This document shows positions 44,240 through 52,969 of a stretch of DNA of 64,000 bases, one piece after another. Each line of letters starts with the position of its first letter. Position 1 is the stretch's first letter. Both the position numbers and the translations under genes were made by a program. The stretch covers positions 4,684 to 68,683 of the forward strand of contig DATMBM010000004.1 of NCBI GenBank assembly GCA_035559235.1, in the 5' to 3' direction. Under the pieces are notes generated by a model. The model did no database searches. It was not told where the DNA came from and worked only from the letters and a program-made list of their open reading frames with translations. Origin of the DNA: Minisyncoccota bacterium (GTDB lineage: Bacteria > Patescibacteriota > Minisyncoccia > Phycocordibacterales > UBA2100).

Positions 44240-45145
44240 GTGAACAAAGCCTTCGCATTCTTGGTCGCGGCAATCATTTTTCTCGGTGGAGCGTACTTTA
44301 TTTTGCAGAGCCAGTGGGCGCCGTCCGTACAGGAAGGCACGAGCGCCGAGGACGCGCGGATGCTCGTCGAGAACTTCGGAAGGGAACTCCAAAATGTCTC
44401 TCTACTTGCGCAACGGCAGCAATTGGAGCGCGACATGCAAAATGCATACGGCCGATACGTGGCTCCGGATCTTCTCGCGGAATGGCTCAACAATCCGCAA
44501 CAGGCGCCCGGGCGCCTCACTTCTTCTCAGTGGCCGGAACGGATAGATATCCAAAGCGTCGAGCAAATCGGCGAAGGGCCGATGTACTACATCCAAGGCG
44601 AGATCGTCGAAGTGACGAATGAGGGAGAAGGTATTGGTGAGGCGCCGACGGAGACGCTGCGTCGCCCGATCACACTTACGGTCGAGTTGCTTGTGGAAGG
44701 CTTGCGCATCACTGAGGTTGTGCTGGGAGCGGCGGCAAGCGATGGTGAGTGGATCTACACCGAGCCTAATGCGCAAGGAATCCAATTTCAGTATCCGCGC
44801 ACGTTGCCGACGCGATACATTTCGGCGCCCACAGAAGGCTGGCCGCCGCGAGTTGCGCTTGAGGGCGGCCGCGATTTCTCATGCGCACCAGAAGGCACCC
44901 GCATGGTAGGCGATCGGCAATACTGCGTGACAGTTTCGAGCGAAGGCGCAGCGGGAAGCACGTATCGAACCTACGAATACACGACTGCGCAAGGTGATTT
45001 TCTCGCGCGGGTGGAATTTACGCTCCAATTCCCGCAGTGTGCAAATTATGGCGAAGACGAACAGCCTGTCTGCGAAGCGGAACAAGCATCGTTTGACATA
45101 GACGGTCTTGTCGACCGCATCGCCTCGTCGATTAGGATGCTGTAG
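44240..45145 (+). CDS. Hypothetical membrane-anchored extracellular protein
   Basis: N-terminal TM helix, APGRLTSSQWPERI, SEGAAGSTY, paired Cys. Confidence 0.75.
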   Translation: MNKAFAFLVAAIIFLGGAYFILQSQWAPSVQEGTSAEDARMLVENFGRELQNVSLLAQRQQLERDMQNAYGRYVAPDLLAEWLNNPQQAPGRLTSSQWPERIDIQSVEQIGEGPMYYIQGEIVEVTNEGEGIGEAPTETLRRPITLTVELLVEGLRITEVVLGAAASDGEWIYTEPNAQGIQFQYPRTLPTRYISAPTEGWPPRVALEGGRDFSCAPEGTRMVGDRQYCVTVSSEGAAGSTYRTYEYTTAQGDFLARVEFTLQFPQCANYGEDEQPVCEAEQASFDIDGLVDRIASSIRML

Positions 45146-45566
45146 CGGGGTATCGCTTCTTCATTATTACTACTGATTTCTTGACGATTGCTTTAAGCGT
45201 CGGGACATGAATGTCAGACATTTTGCGTACATAAATGCATGAGCCGCCGCTAACACTGTGCTTTCCGAGCTTTTTCAAAAGTGGCCCGAAATCCTTGAAT
45301 CCTGGCATGATGTGGAAGGTCACGTTTGCGGCGCGAGGAGAAAAACCCGTCAGAGGCCAATCGCCCTCTTGGCGTGAGCGTTCGGACTTGTAGTGGTACT
45401 GCCCGAAGCCGACGATGCTTGTGCCCCACATCCGCGGCGTCATACCGGTCGCCTCCTTGAAAAGCTTGAGGGCGATTTCGGCGTCTTTGCGCCGAACGGG
45501 ATCCTTCACCGAACTGATGAATTTCGAGACGCTCGCCGCCGTCTTTTGCGTTTTGATCTCTGCCAT
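45132..45566 (-). CDS. DUF1801 domain protein
   Basis: MWGTSIVGFGQYHY, GFSPR, LGKH. Confidence 0.85.
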   Translation of the reverse strand: MAEIKTQKTAASVSKFISSVKDPVRRKDAEIALKLFKEATGMTPRMWGTSIVGFGQYHYKSERSRQEGDWPLTGFSPRAANVTFHIMPGFKDFGPLLKKLGKHSVSGGSCIYVRKMSDIHVPTLKAIVKKSVVIMKKRYPATAS

Positions 45567-45610
45567 AGCTCTGTATTGTATGACAGCTCGGGCACGGGTA
45601 CAATGACGGT

Positions 45611-45808
45611 ATGAAAAACTTTCTGATTGGGCTCGTCGTCGCTCTCGCAATTGCGGCTGGTTTGTATTACTTCTTGCTGCAGGACGCAGCTCGTCAAAGC
45701 GCCGTCGACGATGAAATCGAGCGCGGCGCCGCGATCGACCTCCAGATAAACGAGGCCAATCGCATCCCGCCGGGGGTCATGATGGAAGACGGCGCCATTC
45801 CGGAGTAA
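45611..45808 (+). CDS. Small single-TM protein
   Basis: 65 aa; TACAAT 6 nt before ATG. Confidence 0.6.
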   Translation: MKNFLIGLVVALAIAAGLYYFLLQDAARQSAVDDEIERGAAIDLQINEANRIPPGVMMEDGAIPE

Positions 45809-46726
45809 TTATTTCTCGTGGTGCACGAAGAGATACAAATCCTCGAGCGCCTTCACCGCGTCGCCTGACGCGATGTTGTTTTGGTGATACTTGCCGTCGG
45901 TACAATCTCCTGCAGCCCAGATGCGCGGGTGTGATGTTTTTTGCGTGTACGGATCGGCAATGACCTGGTTGTATTGATTTTTCTTCACGAGATCGCCGAG
46001 CCACTCGGTGTTCGGCACGAGGCCAATTTCGACAAAGACGCCGGAGACGGGCAGGTGCTCTTCGCCGGATGCGTCTTTGTAGCGCAGGCCGTTAACAAAT
46101 TTGTCGCCCTCGATCGCGAGAATCTCGACATTATTGAGTGCCTTCAGCTTCGGATTTTTCAATACCTTCTCCACGGTCAATTCGTCGGCTCGGAAATCGG
46201 AGCGGGCGAGGAGTGTGACGGATTTGCAGTACGCAAGGAGCTGCATCGCGGTTTCGAACGCGGCGTTTCCACCGCCGATCACGGCGACGTCCATGTCGGC
46301 GAAAAGCGGGCCGTCGCACGAGGCGCAGTAGGTGAGGCCTTTCTGGTCGAATTCTTTCGCGCCAGGAACCTCCAATTTCCGGCGGTTTGAACCACTCGCG
46401 ACCAAGGTCGTCTTTGCCTGGTGCGTCTTGCTGTCCGAACACGTGATTTCCAAGCCGTCGGCAATGTCCCTGATGTTCGTCGCACGGTGCGGTGAGTAGA
46501 TTTCGAGCCACTCGCCCTTGTATTGTTCGACGTGTGATTTCAGTTTCTTCGCGAGGTCGGTCCCCGTAATCGACGGCTCTCCGATCCAGTTTTGTATTTC
46601 AGGCGAGACGGTGCTCTGGCCGCCCCAATCGTCGGTGATGAGGATCGTCTTGAGCCGCTTGCGAGCCGCGTAGACGGCCGCTGACACTCCTGCCGGTCCG
46701 CCGCCGATGATTGCTAAATCATACAT
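45809..46726 (-). CDS. Thioredoxin-disulfide reductase (TrxB/AhpF C-terminal-like)
   Basis: GGGPAG, YCASCDG, GGGNAA, AAGD. Confidence 0.9.
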   Translation of the reverse strand: MYDLAIIGGGPAGVSAAVYAARKRLKTILITDDWGGQSTVSPEIQNWIGEPSITGTDLAKKLKSHVEQYKGEWLEIYSPHRATNIRDIADGLEITCSDSKTHQAKTTLVASGSNRRKLEVPGAKEFDQKGLTYCASCDGPLFADMDVAVIGGGNAAFETAMQLLAYCKSVTLLARSDFRADELTVEKVLKNPKLKALNNVEILAIEGDKFVNGLRYKDASGEEHLPVSGVFVEIGLVPNTEWLGDLVKKNQYNQVIADPYTQKTSHPRIWAAGDCTDGKYHQNNIASGDAVKALEDLYLFVHHEK

Positions 46727-46811
46727 AGGGAATAGGTGATAGGTTACAGGGAATAGTAAATCCAAGCACTCCGTATTCTACTACAACCCATAACCTATCC
46801 CCTAGAATCTA
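46726..46811. repeat. Degenerate heptamer tandem repeats in inverted arrangement
   Basis: tagggaa taggtga taggtta cagggaa tagtaaa ... caaccca taaccta tccccta gaatcta. Confidence 0.55.
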
Positions 46812-48017
46812 CTTTCTTCGAAGGAAGGAGGGAAGGCTGCTCCAGCTGTCGTCATCATCGCCGACTGAAACGGACGGCATGTCGGCAGGCTTTGTGTCGC
46901 GCACGGGAATGGAGCGTTCCTTTTCCGAAGGAAGCTGGTCGGCAAGTGGCTTCTTTTCCGCCTGCGAAGTGCGCAGCGGCTGCATTTCAGGCTCGCGTTT
47001 GGAGAGGCGCGGAGGTGTCGTCGGCACGGCAACGCCCGGCGCCCCGTGGCGGATGCCGCCTTCCGGGAAGCCGGTCGCGATGACCGTGACCTTGACCTGT
47101 CCTTTCTTGAGCGTGTCGTCGGTGACGGCACCGAAGATGACCTTTGCTTCCGAGTCGATCGTCTCGGTGATGACGTTTGCCGCTTCCTGCACTTCGAGCA
47201 TGCCGAGATCGTCGCCGCCGGCGATCGAGAAGAGGACACCTTTCGCGCCATTGATGGACACTTCCAAAAGCGGCGAATTGATTGCCTGCCGCGCGGCGGT
47301 TTCCGCGCGCTTCTCGCCAATCGCGTAGCCGATGCCCATGAGGGCGCTTCCGGCGTTGTGCATGATGGCGCGGACGTCGGCAAAGTCGACGTTGATGATG
47401 CCGGTCGTCGTGATCAAATCTGAGATGCCTTCGACCGCTTGCTTCAAAATATCGTCGCACATCGCGAATGCGTTCTTGATGCCGGTTTCTTTCGAGACGA
47501 TTTCAAGGAGTTTGTCGTTCGGGATGATGATGATCGCGTCCACCGCTTTACGCAATTCCGCGATGCCTTGTTCCGCGAGGCGCATGCGTTGCGCGCCCTC
47601 AAAGCCGAACGGTTTCGTAACGACGCCGACGGTAAGGGCGCCCAGTTCGCGCGCCATTTTGGCGACCGCCGGTGCGGCGCCCGTGCCCGTGCCGCCGCCC
47701 ATGCCGCAGGTCACAAAGACCATGTCAGAGCCCTTGAGGGCTTCCTGAATTTCCTCGCGTGTTTCCTCGGCTGCTTGTTTGCCCAAGTCAGGGTCCATGC
47801 CGGTGCCGAGTCCGCGCGTGAGGTTGCGCCCGATGTGAATTTTCCTCTTTGCGTGCGATTTGTGCAGGTCTTGCGCATCGGTGTTCACCGCCAAAAAGTC
47901 GACACCGATCACATGTGTCTTCACCATGTGATTGATCGTGTTGCCCCCTGAACCACCGACTCCTACCACTCGGATCCGTGCGAATGACTCTACTTCAGGG
48001 CGGACGAGTTTGGCCAT
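46809..48017 (-). CDS. ftsZ: Cell division protein FtsZ
   Basis: GMGGGTGTG, INVDFADV, C-terminal LPSFLR. Confidence 0.97.
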   Translation of the reverse strand: MAKLVRPEVESFARIRVVGVGGSGGNTINHMVKTHVIGVDFLAVNTDAQDLHKSHAKRKIHIGRNLTRGLGTGMDPDLGKQAAEETREEIQEALKGSDMVFVTCGMGGGTGTGAAPAVAKMARELGALTVGVVTKPFGFEGAQRMRLAEQGIAELRKAVDAIIIIPNDKLLEIVSKETGIKNAFAMCDDILKQAVEGISDLITTTGIINVDFADVRAIMHNAGSALMGIGYAIGEKRAETAARQAINSPLLEVSINGAKGVLFSIAGGDDLGMLEVQEAANVITETIDSEAKVIFGAVTDDTLKKGQVKVTVIATGFPEGGIRHGAPGVAVPTTPPRLSKREPEMQPLRTSQAEKKPLADQLPSEKERSIPVRDTKPADMPSVSVGDDDDSWSSLPSFLRRK

Positions 48018-48112
48018 ACGTAGAGGCCATGATAGCACAAACAACTCGTTTGCAAATTTGACAACATTTACATTTTGACGCGCCTTGTTCATGGCTGTCT
48101 GCTCGTCGGGTG

Positions 48113-48271
48113 GCAGCGGCGCGGCTTCGCACCGAACACGGAGTGAGCGGACGCGCGAACGTCACATCTATGGCCAAAATGTCTCGCAGCCCCATTATTT
48201 GCTGCGCAATGTTCTCTCGAAGTCGCGCCGCTGCTGGTCTTCTCCGGTTCGTGTTCGGAGTGAAGCAGCGC
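48113..48271. repeat. Structured noncoding element, copy 1
   Basis: 17-bp terminal stem; core similar to 55217-55341. Confidence 0.7.
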
Positions 48272-48294
48272 CTCGCAATGTCGCGAGCGGAGAT

Positions 48295-49467
48295 TTACGG
48301 CAAGAGCGATCGAAAGATCTGTTTTATGGAATCCAGCATTCGCGAGACGATGTCGCCAATCGGGTGGGAATTGTCCAGCATGTCTTCTGCGTAGCCCCAG
48401 CGGCACAATCCGAACGAGACCGCCCACGTCGCATCAAGCGCGGAGACGCGCGGAAGCATCATGGGAAGCCCTACTTGCGCGGGGAGCTTGAGCGTCGCGC
48501 GCGCCACATCGACGATAGGGGCAAGGCCCGCACCGCCGCCCGTGATCACGATGCCTGCCGGCAAGAGTCGTTCACGACCAATCGATTTCAAGTGCGCGTT
48601 GACGAGTGAAAACATTTCTTTAAGGCGCGACGCCATGACCTGCGACAGTTTTTTCGGCGGGACCGGGCTGCCGACGACGGCCCCACGCTTCAACTGCTCC
48701 GCCTCGGCAAGCGGCATCTGGAATGAGAGCGCGATCGCATTTGTGATCTCATTCGATCCGACCGGGAAGATTTTGAGCGAGACCGGCTTGTCGTCGTCGA
48801 AGACGACGACCGAAAGCGTTTCGGAACCGATGTTCGCGAGGACGACGCCGGCGGTCTTTTGCGCCTTTGAAAGCGTCACCAAGCTCGCGGCGAGCGGGGA
48901 TGCCATGACGCCGTCGACTTCGACCCCGGCCGCTTCAACGGCTTCGATAAGATCGTCATGGTGTTGTGCGAGCATCGTGATGAGCATCGTCTCAACTCCC
49001 AGCCGGTTGCCTTGCATGCCTGTCGGACGGCCTTGGAGCGGCACGCCGTCGAGCCTGAATTCGAGCGGGATCGTGTGCAGTACGACGCGATTGGTGAGCT
49101 TCGACGTCGCGCGCTTTTCGCTCTCCACGATCACGCGCTCGATATCGCGCGGCGTCACGAGCCCGCCGGATGCGGTGAGCGTGATGTCGGCCGCTGAGCG
49201 CGCCTCTTCGAGCGAAATGCCGCCCACGGCGACGCGGGCGGCTTTCACGTGCACGTGCGCTGCCTGCGCCGCACGATCGACGGCGGCACGAACCGAGCGC
49301 GCGACTTCTCGTGTGTCGACAATGTAACCGTGCCGCATGCCTTTTGATGCGGCTGCAGCAGTTGCGAGAATTTGCATTGGACTTTCAGGAGATTGTGGCG
49401 GCGCAGCGATGACGACCTTCACCTGATGGGTCCCGATGTCGATACCGGTGTAAATTTTCTGAGCCAT
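48295..49467 (-). CDS. ftsA: Cell division protein FtsA
   Basis: GIDIGT, AEQLK, GIVITGGGA; adjacent to ftsZ. Confidence 0.92.
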   Translation of the reverse strand: MAQKIYTGIDIGTHQVKVVIAAPPQSPESPMQILATAAAASKGMRHGYIVDTREVARSVRAAVDRAAQAAHVHVKAARVAVGGISLEEARSAADITLTASGGLVTPRDIERVIVESEKRATSKLTNRVVLHTIPLEFRLDGVPLQGRPTGMQGNRLGVETMLITMLAQHHDDLIEAVEAAGVEVDGVMASPLAASLVTLSKAQKTAGVVLANIGSETLSVVVFDDDKPVSLKIFPVGSNEITNAIALSFQMPLAEAEQLKRGAVVGSPVPPKKLSQVMASRLKEMFSLVNAHLKSIGRERLLPAGIVITGGGAGLAPIVDVARATLKLPAQVGLPMMLPRVSALDATWAVSFGLCRWGYAEDMLDNSHPIGDIVSRMLDSIKQIFRSLLP

Positions 49468-49545
49468 GCAAAAACACGCCCACCGTGGACGTCTTGCCAT
49501 TGTACTGTATGCGTTGCGGCTTCGGCGGCCGTGCCTCGGGGATAG

Positions 49546-49929
49546 CTAGAAGCCGAATCGCGCCAAGATGGAGCGTTCACGCGCATCCATTCTGTCGCCG
49601 TGCGCGTAGCCGGCAAGGTGAGCGCAGCCATGCACGAAGAGGTGCGCGATGCGCGCTCTCGGGGAAATGCCGAGCGCGCGGGCTTCGCGCGCAGCTTTGC
49701 GTATATTGAGGAAAATCTCGCCTTCGCGTTTTGAAAGCGGGAAGGAGAGCACGTTCGGCGCGTAATGCTTCTTCCGATATTGGATGTTCATTTTTCGTGA
49801 AAGAGAGTCGCCGCAGATAACGAGGGATAGCTGGTAGCCCGCGGGCAAGGTCGCGCGCGCCAGACCCTCAAACGGAACGCGCACCGTATCGGAAACGGTG
49901 CGACGGATATCGAGCGTGGAGGCGGACAT
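49546..49929 (-). CDS. ybeY: rRNA maturation endoribonuclease YbeY
   Basis: NVLSFP, HGCAHLAGYAH. Confidence 0.9.
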   Translation of the reverse strand: MSASTLDIRRTVSDTVRVPFEGLARATLPAGYQLSLVICGDSLSRKMNIQYRKKHYAPNVLSFPLSKREGEIFLNIRKAAREARALGISPRARIAHLFVHGCAHLAGYAHGDRMDARERSILARFGF

Positions 49930-50255
49930 TAGCGTGCGATCGGGGTCGAGTCGCCGAGGCCGGATGAGCGGCCCGAACCGGTTTGCTGGCTGGCAGCGGT
50001 CGTATCGCGCTGCGGGCGGCCCTTCGGAGCAACTTCGGCAATTTTGCCTTCTTTGACGAGGTCGCGGTACACTTCGCGGCGCGCAATGCGCTTGAGCGCC
50101 TGCTTTTTCGAAACCGTCTTTGATTTTCCGCGCTCGAAATAGCGTCCCTTGCGGACAGTCTGAATGAGGCCCGTGCCCTGCACGCGGCGGGAGAATTTGC
50201 GGATCACCGAAAGCGTGCTCTCGGTACCACTCTTCGTCACTTCAGCATTAATCAT
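49929..50255 (-). CDS. rpsU: Divergent 30S ribosomal protein bS21-like
   Basis: Basic; ESTLSVIRKFSRRVQ...RYFER.KS pattern. Confidence 0.55.
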   Translation of the reverse strand: MINAEVTKSGTESTLSVIRKFSRRVQGTGLIQTVRKGRYFERGKSKTVSKKQALKRIARREVYRDLVKEGKIAEVAPKGRPQRDTTAASQQTGSGRSSGLGDSTPIAR

Positions 50256-50304
50256 GTGGAGGGGATACTACCACAACGGGAGCACAGAGGCAAGCGAGAG
50301 GGAA

Positions 50305-51486
50305 TTACGCGTACACCCGCTGCCGGCGCAAGTAGCTGGTCAATTCCGGTACGGGGATAACCTCCTGTGAATTCGTCGCGACTTCGCGCACCAAGACGGT
50401 GCCCTCGATCGCTTCCTTGTGGCCCATAATGAGCATGTGGGAGACGCTCATGCGCTTCGCCCGCTCCATCTGCTCGTGCAGGCGCTCGTACATGAGGGAT
50501 TGTTCAACGGGAATGCCGGCGCGACGCAGCGTTTCGAGGACGGGAAGCGCTTTGCGACGAGCTTCGGGGCCGAGGTGGGCGAAGTAGAGCGCGGGGACGC
50601 TCTTTTTTATCGGCTGCACCTTGTTCTTTCCGCGCACCTCGCAGAGGACCGTTGCGACGACCGCGGGCGTGTGCGCGCCCATCAGGCGTGAAGCAAGCGG
50701 ATCATACCGGCCACCGACGGCAAACGGCACGCGCGAGCCTGACTCGTCATCGACATGCGACAGCTCAAAGAGCGTGTGCGACCAGAAATCGCGCGAACCT
50801 AGGACCGACGGGCTCAATTCGTAGGGCACGCCGGAAATCTCGAGATATTCCAACAGATCCCAAAAACGGCGGCGCTCCTCTTCGGTCAGATAATCGACGC
50901 TCTGCGGGGCGCGTGGCATGGCGGGATGCCCTTTTTCGAAGAGCTGTACCAGCGTGCCCAATGGATCATTCACGATGCGTGGGCGAAGTGTTGGGGAAAT
51001 CGAATCGATATGCTTGCGCAAGAAGTGTCCGACATCGCGCACGTACCGGTTTGACGATTCGAGGGAGCCGATCGAATTGATCGCGAGCGTGCGTTTGGTA
51101 AGGCCGACTTCGTCGGCAATCGCGTTCAGGACGATGATGAGGAGCGCCTCCGCAATCGCGCTTGACGTGCCGATGCAGTGCAATTCCAGCGTCATACAGG
51201 AGAGCGGCGCGCGCGTGCCGGGAGCGTGTTTTGCCACGCGCCAGAGCAACATGCTCTCGTTTGGCGCGCGGTTGGTCGTGAGGCACATTCGTGCGCTCTG
51301 CAAGAGCGGCTTTTCGTCTCGGCGCGCGAATTGCGGCTCGCTGTTTTTGTTCTGCGGCGGGAGCGCGCGCTTGCCGTGCGCGAGCGCTGCTTCAAGCGGG
51401 AGAAATCCATAGTATTCAGCGATGCGGATCGCCCGCGCAATCAGGTTCGCCGTATTCTGGACGCGTGTGTTTTTGATTTGGATCAC
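50305..51486 (-). CDS. Degenerate HisRS paralog retaining the anticodon-binding domain
   Basis: AEYYGF, INSIGS, GGRYD, LIMGHKEAIEGTVLVRE; catalytic motif 2 not recognisable. Confidence 0.75.
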   Translation of the reverse strand: MIQIKNTRVQNTANLIARAIRIAEYYGFLPLEAALAHGKRALPPQNKNSEPQFARRDEKPLLQSARMCLTTNRAPNESMLLWRVAKHAPGTRAPLSCMTLELHCIGTSSAIAEALLIIVLNAIADEVGLTKRTLAINSIGSLESSNRYVRDVGHFLRKHIDSISPTLRPRIVNDPLGTLVQLFEKGHPAMPRAPQSVDYLTEEERRRFWDLLEYLEISGVPYELSPSVLGSRDFWSHTLFELSHVDDESGSRVPFAVGGRYDPLASRLMGAHTPAVVATVLCEVRGKNKVQPIKKSVPALYFAHLGPEARRKALPVLETLRRAGIPVEQSLMYERLHEQMERAKRMSVSHMLIMGHKEAIEGTVLVREVATNSQEVIPVPELTSYLRRQRVYA

Positions 51487-51489
51487 AAA

Positions 51490-52140
51490 TTATTCCGCCA
51501 CGTAAGTGGCGTCGCCCGGAAAGAGGCCGATGACATCGATGGGAAAGAGGCGGACCAGCACTTGTCCGATGATATTTTCTTTCGGCAACGCGCCCCACAC
51601 GCGCGAATCGCTCGACACCTTGCGGTTGTCTCCGAGTACGAAATATTCTCCTTCGCCAAGCGTTACTTCCATGCCGGTTGGGCCGCCAATGTTTGTGTCG
51701 GCGACGTACGGCTCCTCAAGGACGAAGCCATTTGGGTTTTCCGCGTTCGTGATGCGTATTTGCCCGCCCTCCACTGCAATCGTTTCCCCCGGCAAACCAA
51801 TGACGCGTTTTATGAGCGTCCGCGGACCGCGCCATTCTTGTTGCGCAATGCGCTTCCACAGCGAGCATTCACCCGTATTCGGTAGGCAAAACACGATGAC
51901 ATCGCCCCGCTCCGGCGCCGAGAAGTCGTAGGAAAGGCGATCGGTGATCAGATAATCCCAATTATCAAATGTTGGCTCCATCGAGGCGCCGGAAACGACG
52001 TAGGGCGCCGCGACGAAGAAGCGGATGAAAAGCGCGAGGCCGAGCGCGAGCGTCACATACCATGCGAATCCGCCTGAACGCGCGTCTCTCGCACTGGAGT
52101 GATCCGATGATTGAGACGGTGTCATCACAGGATCAGTCAT
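51490..52140 (-). CDS. lepB: Signal peptidase I
   Basis: SGASMEPT, IKRVIGLPGE, GDNRKVSSDSR. Confidence 0.95.
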   Translation of the reverse strand: MTDPVMTPSQSSDHSSARDARSGGFAWYVTLALGLALFIRFFVAAPYVVSGASMEPTFDNWDYLITDRLSYDFSAPERGDVIVFCLPNTGECSLWKRIAQQEWRGPRTLIKRVIGLPGETIAVEGGQIRITNAENPNGFVLEEPYVADTNIGGPTGMEVTLGEGEYFVLGDNRKVSSDSRVWGALPKENIIGQVLVRLFPIDVIGLFPGDATYVAE

Positions 52141-52261
52141 GCGGGAGTCAGTATAACGCAAACGAACGTTGACACAAAGTATTTCAAGTGTTGGATGTGC
52201 ATAAATTCATGTTTTCATGTAGCATGAATAGCGCGTTCATCCTCTATACGCTATTCAATAT

Positions 52262-52852
52262 ATGACATGGGTACTCGTTGGTCTCGGGAATCCTGATGAA
52301 GAACATGTGCGGACGCGTCACAACGCGGGGAGAATGGCGGTCGAGTATTTCGTGAAGAAACATGAACTTGGAGAGTGGAAAGATGAGAAGAAAACGAATT
52401 CATTTGTCCTGCGCGGCGCTCTCGGAAAGGCGTTGGTTGCCTGCGTTCTGCCGAATACGTACATGAATAAGTCGGGGAAGGCGGTCGCACACTATATAAA
52501 GAGCGTTAAGGCGGCTGAGAAGCTGATTGTCGTGTACGACGAACTTGATTTGCCGCTCGGCACGATCAAAATCTCATTTAATCGCGGCAGCGGAGGACAT
52601 CGCGGGCTCGATTCGGTGATGCGCGCGGTCAAAACGCCCGCGTTTGCGCGTGTGCGCATAGGTGTCTCTCCCGCTAATGGCGCGGGAGGCGCACAAAAGC
52701 CGCAGGGCGAAAAGGAGGTGGAGCGATTTATCCTCGGGGAGTTCACCTCAAAAGAACTTCCGACACTGAAGGCTGCGCTCAAGCGCGCGAGCGAGGCGCT
52801 TGAAATGATGATTGTCGAGGGTAGAGAAAAGGCGATGACAACGTTCAACTAA
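52262..52852 (+). CDS. pth: Peptidyl-tRNA hydrolase
   Basis: GLGNP, TRHNAG, YMNKSG, GGHRG. Confidence 0.95.
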   Translation: MTWVLVGLGNPDEEHVRTRHNAGRMAVEYFVKKHELGEWKDEKKTNSFVLRGALGKALVACVLPNTYMNKSGKAVAHYIKSVKAAEKLIVVYDELDLPLGTIKISFNRGSGGHRGLDSVMRAVKTPAFARVRIGVSPANGAGGAQKPQGEKEVERFILGEFTSKELPTLKAALKRASEALEMMIVEGREKAMTTFN

Positions 52853-52969
52853 ACCGCTATCCACAGACGGCGTGTGCGTTCAGGAATTCTTTATCTTTGC
52901 GCCCGTATACTGCGGGTATTATCGAGCCGCACGAATGGGGAATAAGTGCGTTAAGCGCGTACTACTCAT

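Noticed and set aside
43664-44392. 242-aa minus-strand ORF
   Set aside because: Spans tRNA-Ser and its palindromic flanks
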